Below, in pieces: positions 24,086 through 27,311 of a stretch of DNA of 27,311 bases. Both the position numbers and the translations under genes were made by a program. This stretch comes from an uncultured Oscillospiraceae bacterium (GTDB lineage: Bacteria > Bacillota > Clostridia > Oscillospirales > Oscillospiraceae). The stretch is from positions 1 through 27,311 of the forward strand of contig CAZBYU010000002.1 in NCBI GenBank assembly GCA_964496235.1, in the 5' to 3' direction. Every line of letters starts with the position of its first letter. Positions within the stretch are counted from its first letter, which is position 1. The notes under the pieces are model-generated. The model saw only the letters and a list, made by a program, of their open reading frames with translations, was not told the origin of the DNA and made no database searches.

Positions 24086-24166
24086 AAAGCATCACCTCAA
24101 GACTGTTCTTGTGTAATTCTTTGCTTTGGAGATTTCACAAGGATTGCGTCAAATCCTCACAACGTA

Positions 24167-24207
24167 GGAAAGACCGGCCGTATTTTCGCGGATACGACCG
24201 GCTTTCC
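24167..24207 (-). terminator. Probable terminator of the arc operon
   Basis: - strand GGAAAGCCGGUCGUAU-CCGCGAAA-AUACGGCCGGUCUUUCC, with a G-U pair on the - strand and a UCUUUCCU tail. Confidence 0.6.
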
Positions 24208-24327
24208 AGATACGTTTAATTCTGGCGAACGGCAGGCGAACCACGTCCGCCTAATGGAGTGATATGTAATGCATAAATGCAATACAGCTTATTCGCTCCG
24301 ACGGTCGAGAATTCTACTGCTATTTTA

Positions 24328-25779
24328 TCAGCTAAGGACGAGCATCGTAGCTGTGAGAATTACGCCGACGACAACCGCGAGGATAGCAAGGAGCTTGCCG
24401 GCGAACTTCAGCCAAGTCTCATAGGGAACACGAGCCAGGGCAAGACCACCCATGATGAAGCCGCAGGTTGGAGTGAAGAGATTGACAAAACCGTTGGCGG
24501 CAACGTTTATCATGATGGAGGTCTCCGCAGACCAACCGAGACCGGCAACTATCGGGGAAACGATAGGAGCGGAGAGGCTGGCAAGACCGGAGGATGAGGG
24601 AACGAGGAAGCTCAGACCGATGTGCAGCAGGTAGTCAAGCACGCCGAAGATAGCGGCAGGCAGACCGGAGGCAGACAGCGCGGTGACGGAAGCCTCGACA
24701 AGCCAAGTGCCGAGACCGGTGGTGTTCATGATGACGGTGGTGGCACGGGCAAGGGCGATAACGAGGTTGACTGAGATCATATCGCCAAAGCCGGCAACAA
24801 CGCACTTCATTATCTGGCTCTTGTCTTCAAGACCGACAAAGCCGATGATGATGCCCATGATGAGGAACCAAGTGGCGGCATCGTCAAACCACCAGTCACC
24901 GAGGCAGTTGCCGGTGAGGAAGGAGCTGAAGCCGAGGGCGTTGTAAACGGTCTCGGTGAGGCTACCCCAAGGAATGAAGCCGAGGATCATAATGACAAAG
25001 GACGCACCGAAGATCCACAAAACCGCCTTCTGACGACCGGTGAGCTTGACATCGTCGGCAATCTCACCGGAGCCGTAAGCCTTGCGGCATTCCTCAAGCT
25101 GTTCGGCAGTGAGAATGGAGCCTTTGTTGCTCTTGACGCTCTTTGCATAGTGGGTGACGAAGAGCGCGGCAATGAGATAAGAAACAAGCCAAAGGATAAT
25201 GCCTTCGACGTAGACAATACCCGTGTTCATCTCAACACCGACATCTGCCGCGGCGGCAACAGCCGCGCCGGTTGCAAATGGGTTGATAGTAGAGCCGAGA
25301 ACGCCGGTGCCTGCGCCGAGCAGAACGGTGGCCGCGCCAACCAGCGGGTCAAAGCCGGCGGCAAGCATGGTGGTAGCAAGAAGGATATAGAAGCCGACGG
25401 TTTCCTCACCCATGCCGTAGGTCGTGCCGCCGATGGAGAACACGAACATCAGTATCCAGATGAGGGCGATTTCTTTGCCGTGAAGCTTCTTGACAAGCAC
25501 CTGAACACCGGTCTCTAGAGCACCGGTAGCGGTGACGATAGCCAAGAACGCGCCGAGGCAGAACACGAAGCCGATAACATCGCCCGCGTTATGCCAGCCG
25601 TTGATGGGAGACATGAGAATGTCGCTGAGAGAAGCACCGACAACTGCGGCTTCCTGACCGGTGTCGGGGTCGGTATAGGTCTGACCGGCGGCAAACCAAG
25701 TCACGGCGGATACGACGAGAAGGATAGCTATGAGAATCGCAAAAGTACTGACTGAACGTCTTTTTTTCGTTCCTGCCAT
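24328..25779 (-). CDS. YfcC-family basic amino acid (arginine/ornithine) antiporter
   Basis: 483 aa, polytopic. GGTTYGMGEET, GSTINPFATG, PSSSGLA, TPTCG motifs. Lies downstream of carbamate kinase. Confidence 0.88.
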   Translation of the reverse strand: MAGTKKRRSVSTFAILIAILLVVSAVTWFAAGQTYTDPDTGQEAAVVGASLSDILMSPINGWHNAGDVIGFVFCLGAFLAIVTATGALETGVQVLVKKLHGKEIALIWILMFVFSIGGTTYGMGEETVGFYILLATTMLAAGFDPLVGAATVLLGAGTGVLGSTINPFATGAAVAAAADVGVEMNTGIVYVEGIILWLVSYLIAALFVTHYAKSVKSNKGSILTAEQLEECRKAYGSGEIADDVKLTGRQKAVLWIFGASFVIMILGFIPWGSLTETVYNALGFSSFLTGNCLGDWWFDDAATWFLIMGIIIGFVGLEDKSQIMKCVVAGFGDMISVNLVIALARATTVIMNTTGLGTWLVEASVTALSASGLPAAIFGVLDYLLHIGLSFLVPSSSGLASLSAPIVSPIVAGLGWSAETSIMINVAANGFVNLFTPTCGFIMGGLALARVPYETWLKFAGKLLAILAVVVGVILTATMLVLS

Positions 25780-25810
25780 TAGTAGTTTCTCCTTTACTCT
25801 TTTTTATTGG

Positions 25811-25838
25811 GGAAGAACCGAGCTTCATCGGTTCTTCC
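25811..25838. other. Intra-operon hairpin between arcC and the antiporter gene
   Basis: GGAAGAACCGA-GCTTCA-TCGGTTCTTCC. On the transcribed strand it is followed by CCAATAAAAAA, not a U-tract. Confidence 0.6.
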
Positions 25839-25848
25839 TTATTCACAA

Positions 25849-26781
25849 TTACTTTTCGATGACCGTGCCGGTCTTGCCCTCGAGAGCCTCGGCGGCTCTG
25901 GCAAGGGAGGTAATGAGCGCGATGCCGGTGCCACTCTTGACGAACTCCATGCAGGATTCAACCTTGGGAAGCATGCTACCGGGTGCGAACTGACCCTCTG
26001 CAATGTACTTATCTGCCTCGGCGAGAGTCATGGAGGGAAGCTCCTTCTGGTCGGGCTTATTGAAGTTTACGCAGACACGGTCAACCGCCGTGAGGATGAT
26101 AAGCTGGTCGGCCTTGACATCACGAGCAAGGAGTGCGCTTGCGCGATCCTTGTCGATGACGGCGGCAACGCCATTAAGACCGTTCTCGGTCTCGACGACC
26201 GGGATTCCGCCGCCGCCGACGGTGATGACAATGTCACCGGCAGAGACAAGCTGTTCGACAACATCAAGCTCGACAATGCGCTTGGGGATCGGGGAGGGAA
26301 CGACACGGCGATAGCCGCGACCTGCGTCCTCAACGAACACGAAGCCCTTTTCGGCCGCAATCGCGTCTGCCTCTTCCCTTGTGTAGAAGCTACCGACGGG
26401 CTTGGTGGGGTGTTCAAAGCCGGGGTCGTTCTTATCAACGACGACCTGCGTGACAACAGTGGCACAGGGCTTGTTGATGCCGCGAGACTTCATCTCTTCC
26501 TGAATGGTCTGCTGGAGATGATAGCCGATATAGCCCTGGGTCATCGCACCGCACTCGGGGAAGGGCATATACGGCGTGTTGCCGCCCTTATTTGCCGAGA
26601 ACTCCAACGCGAGGTTTATCATGCCGACCTGAGGACCGTTACCGTGTCCGATGACCAGCTCATAGCCCGCCTCAACGAGGTCTACGAGGGACTTTGCGGT
26701 TTCCTTGACAAGCTTTAACTGCTCCTCGGGGGTCTTGCCGAGAGCATTGCCTCCGAGCGCTACTACTATTCTCTTACCCAT
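25849..26781 (-). CDS. arcC: Carbamate kinase
   Basis: 310 aa. IVVALGGNAL, HGNGPQVG, KPVGSFY, GRGYRRVVPSP, GGGGIPV, AVIDKD, GSMLPKV. Confidence 0.97.
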   Translation of the reverse strand: MGKRIVVALGGNALGKTPEEQLKLVKETAKSLVDLVEAGYELVIGHGNGPQVGMINLALEFSANKGGNTPYMPFPECGAMTQGYIGYHLQQTIQEEMKSRGINKPCATVVTQVVVDKNDPGFEHPTKPVGSFYTREEADAIAAEKGFVFVEDAGRGYRRVVPSPIPKRIVELDVVEQLVSAGDIVITVGGGGIPVVETENGLNGVAAVIDKDRASALLARDVKADQLIILTAVDRVCVNFNKPDQKELPSMTLAEADKYIAEGQFAPGSMLPKVESCMEFVKSGTGIALITSLARAAEALEGKTGTVIEK

Positions 26782-26784
26782 GGC

Positions 26785-27311
26785 TTACTTGAGAGTGGCG
26801 TACATGACAGCCTTGATGGTGTGCATGCGGTTTTCCGCTTCGTCGAACTGACGGGCCTGCTTGCCGAGGAAAACATCTTCGGTGACTTCCATTGCGGGGA
26901 GACCGAACTTCTGATAGATGTCCTCGCCGACGGTCGTTTCACGATCGTGGAAGGAGGGCAGGCAGTGCAGGAAGATGGCGGTGGGACTTGCCATAGCCAT
27001 GACGTTGGCATTCACCTGGTACGGGAGAAGCAACTCAATGCGCTTTCCCCACAGCTCGGCAGGCTCGCCCATGGAGACCCAAATATCGGTGTAGACGATG
27101 TCACAGTCCTTTGCGCCGACGGAAACATCATCGGTCAGGACGATCTCGGCACCGGTCTCTGCGGCAACAGCCTTGCACTTGGCAACCAGCTCATCGGAGG
27201 GCATAAGCTCCTTCGGACCGCAGGCGCAAAAGCGCATGCCGAGCTTGGAGCAGACTACCATGAGGGAGTTTGCGACGTTGTTGCGGGCATCACCGAAGAA
27301 GGTGAGCTTGC
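26785..27311 (-). CDS. arcB: Ornithine carbamoyltransferase, probably catabolic (5' part outside the window)
   Basis: The frame is open to the window edge: KLTFFGDARNNVANSLM..., YTDIWVSMGE, FLHCLP, AENRMHTIKA. 3-nt gap to arcC. Confidence 0.93.
   Translation of the reverse strand, partial: KLTFFGDARNNVANSLMVVCSKLGMRFCACGPKELMPSDELVAKCKAVAAETGAEIVLTDDVSVGAKDCDIVYTDIWVSMGEPAELWGKRIELLLPYQVNANVMAMASPTAIFLHCLPSFHDRETTVGEDIYQKFGLPAMEVTEDVFLGKQARQFDEAENRMHTIKAVMYATLK

Noticed and set aside
23662-24327. T-box or riboswitch leader for argS
   Set aside because: No T-box consensus or antiterminator is seen, and argS is coupled to the argR stop with no leader.
25807-26718. 303-aa + strand ORF over arcC (likewise 6764-7534, 5126-5824, 1003-1881, 12947-13774)
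   Set aside because: Antisense shadows of well-supported genes, with no independent signals.
26785-27311. Putrescine carbamoyltransferase (agmatine deiminase pathway) as an alternative call
   Set aside because: The SMG loop and GDARNN motif are ornithine-type, and argR/argS adjacency fits arginine. arcA itself is not visible in the window and is not claimed.
1-27311. Mobile elements, prophage, defence systems, tRNA/rRNA
   Set aside because: No transposase, integrase, phage, nuclease or methylase motifs and no tRNA/rRNA-like sequence were recognised by eye.

Overview
Chromosomal window from a moderately GC-rich anaerobic Firmicute (Clostridia-like, inferred from gene content and Shine-Dalgarno/sigma-A signals). 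No rRNA, tRNA, CRISPR array, integrase or transposase is recognisable. In order: 3' end of a membrane transporter coupled to a GH2 glycosidase; a secreted Gly-rich repeat protein; an XRE-HTH/Zn-ribbon regulator; a three-gene unit (membrane Zn-ribbon protein, DUF5685-like protein, J-domain/TPR/Cys-tail protein); ddl; a DUF5058-type two-gene membrane pair plus a membrane-anchored M20 peptidase; pstSCAB-phoB-phoR with no phoU; an AT-rich acyltransferase-3 gene; yfcE plus a small ORF; an 893-aa Fe-S flavoprotein coupled to a lone hypA; and an arginine catabolism block (OTC, carbamate kinase, YfcC-type antiporter, argR-argS). The most interesting points are: (1) the J-domain operon, whose DUF5685-like partner carries isoprenoid-synthase-like Asp motifs; (2) the flavoprotein-HypA bicistron with no hydrogenase or hypB; (3) phoU absence alongside a PhoR that lacks a HAMP/PAS linker; (4) an apparent ACG start codon; (5) an ArgR with a non-canonical arginine pocket; (6) the DUF5058 pair/M20 module. 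Family assignments come from motif recognition by eye, with no database searches.
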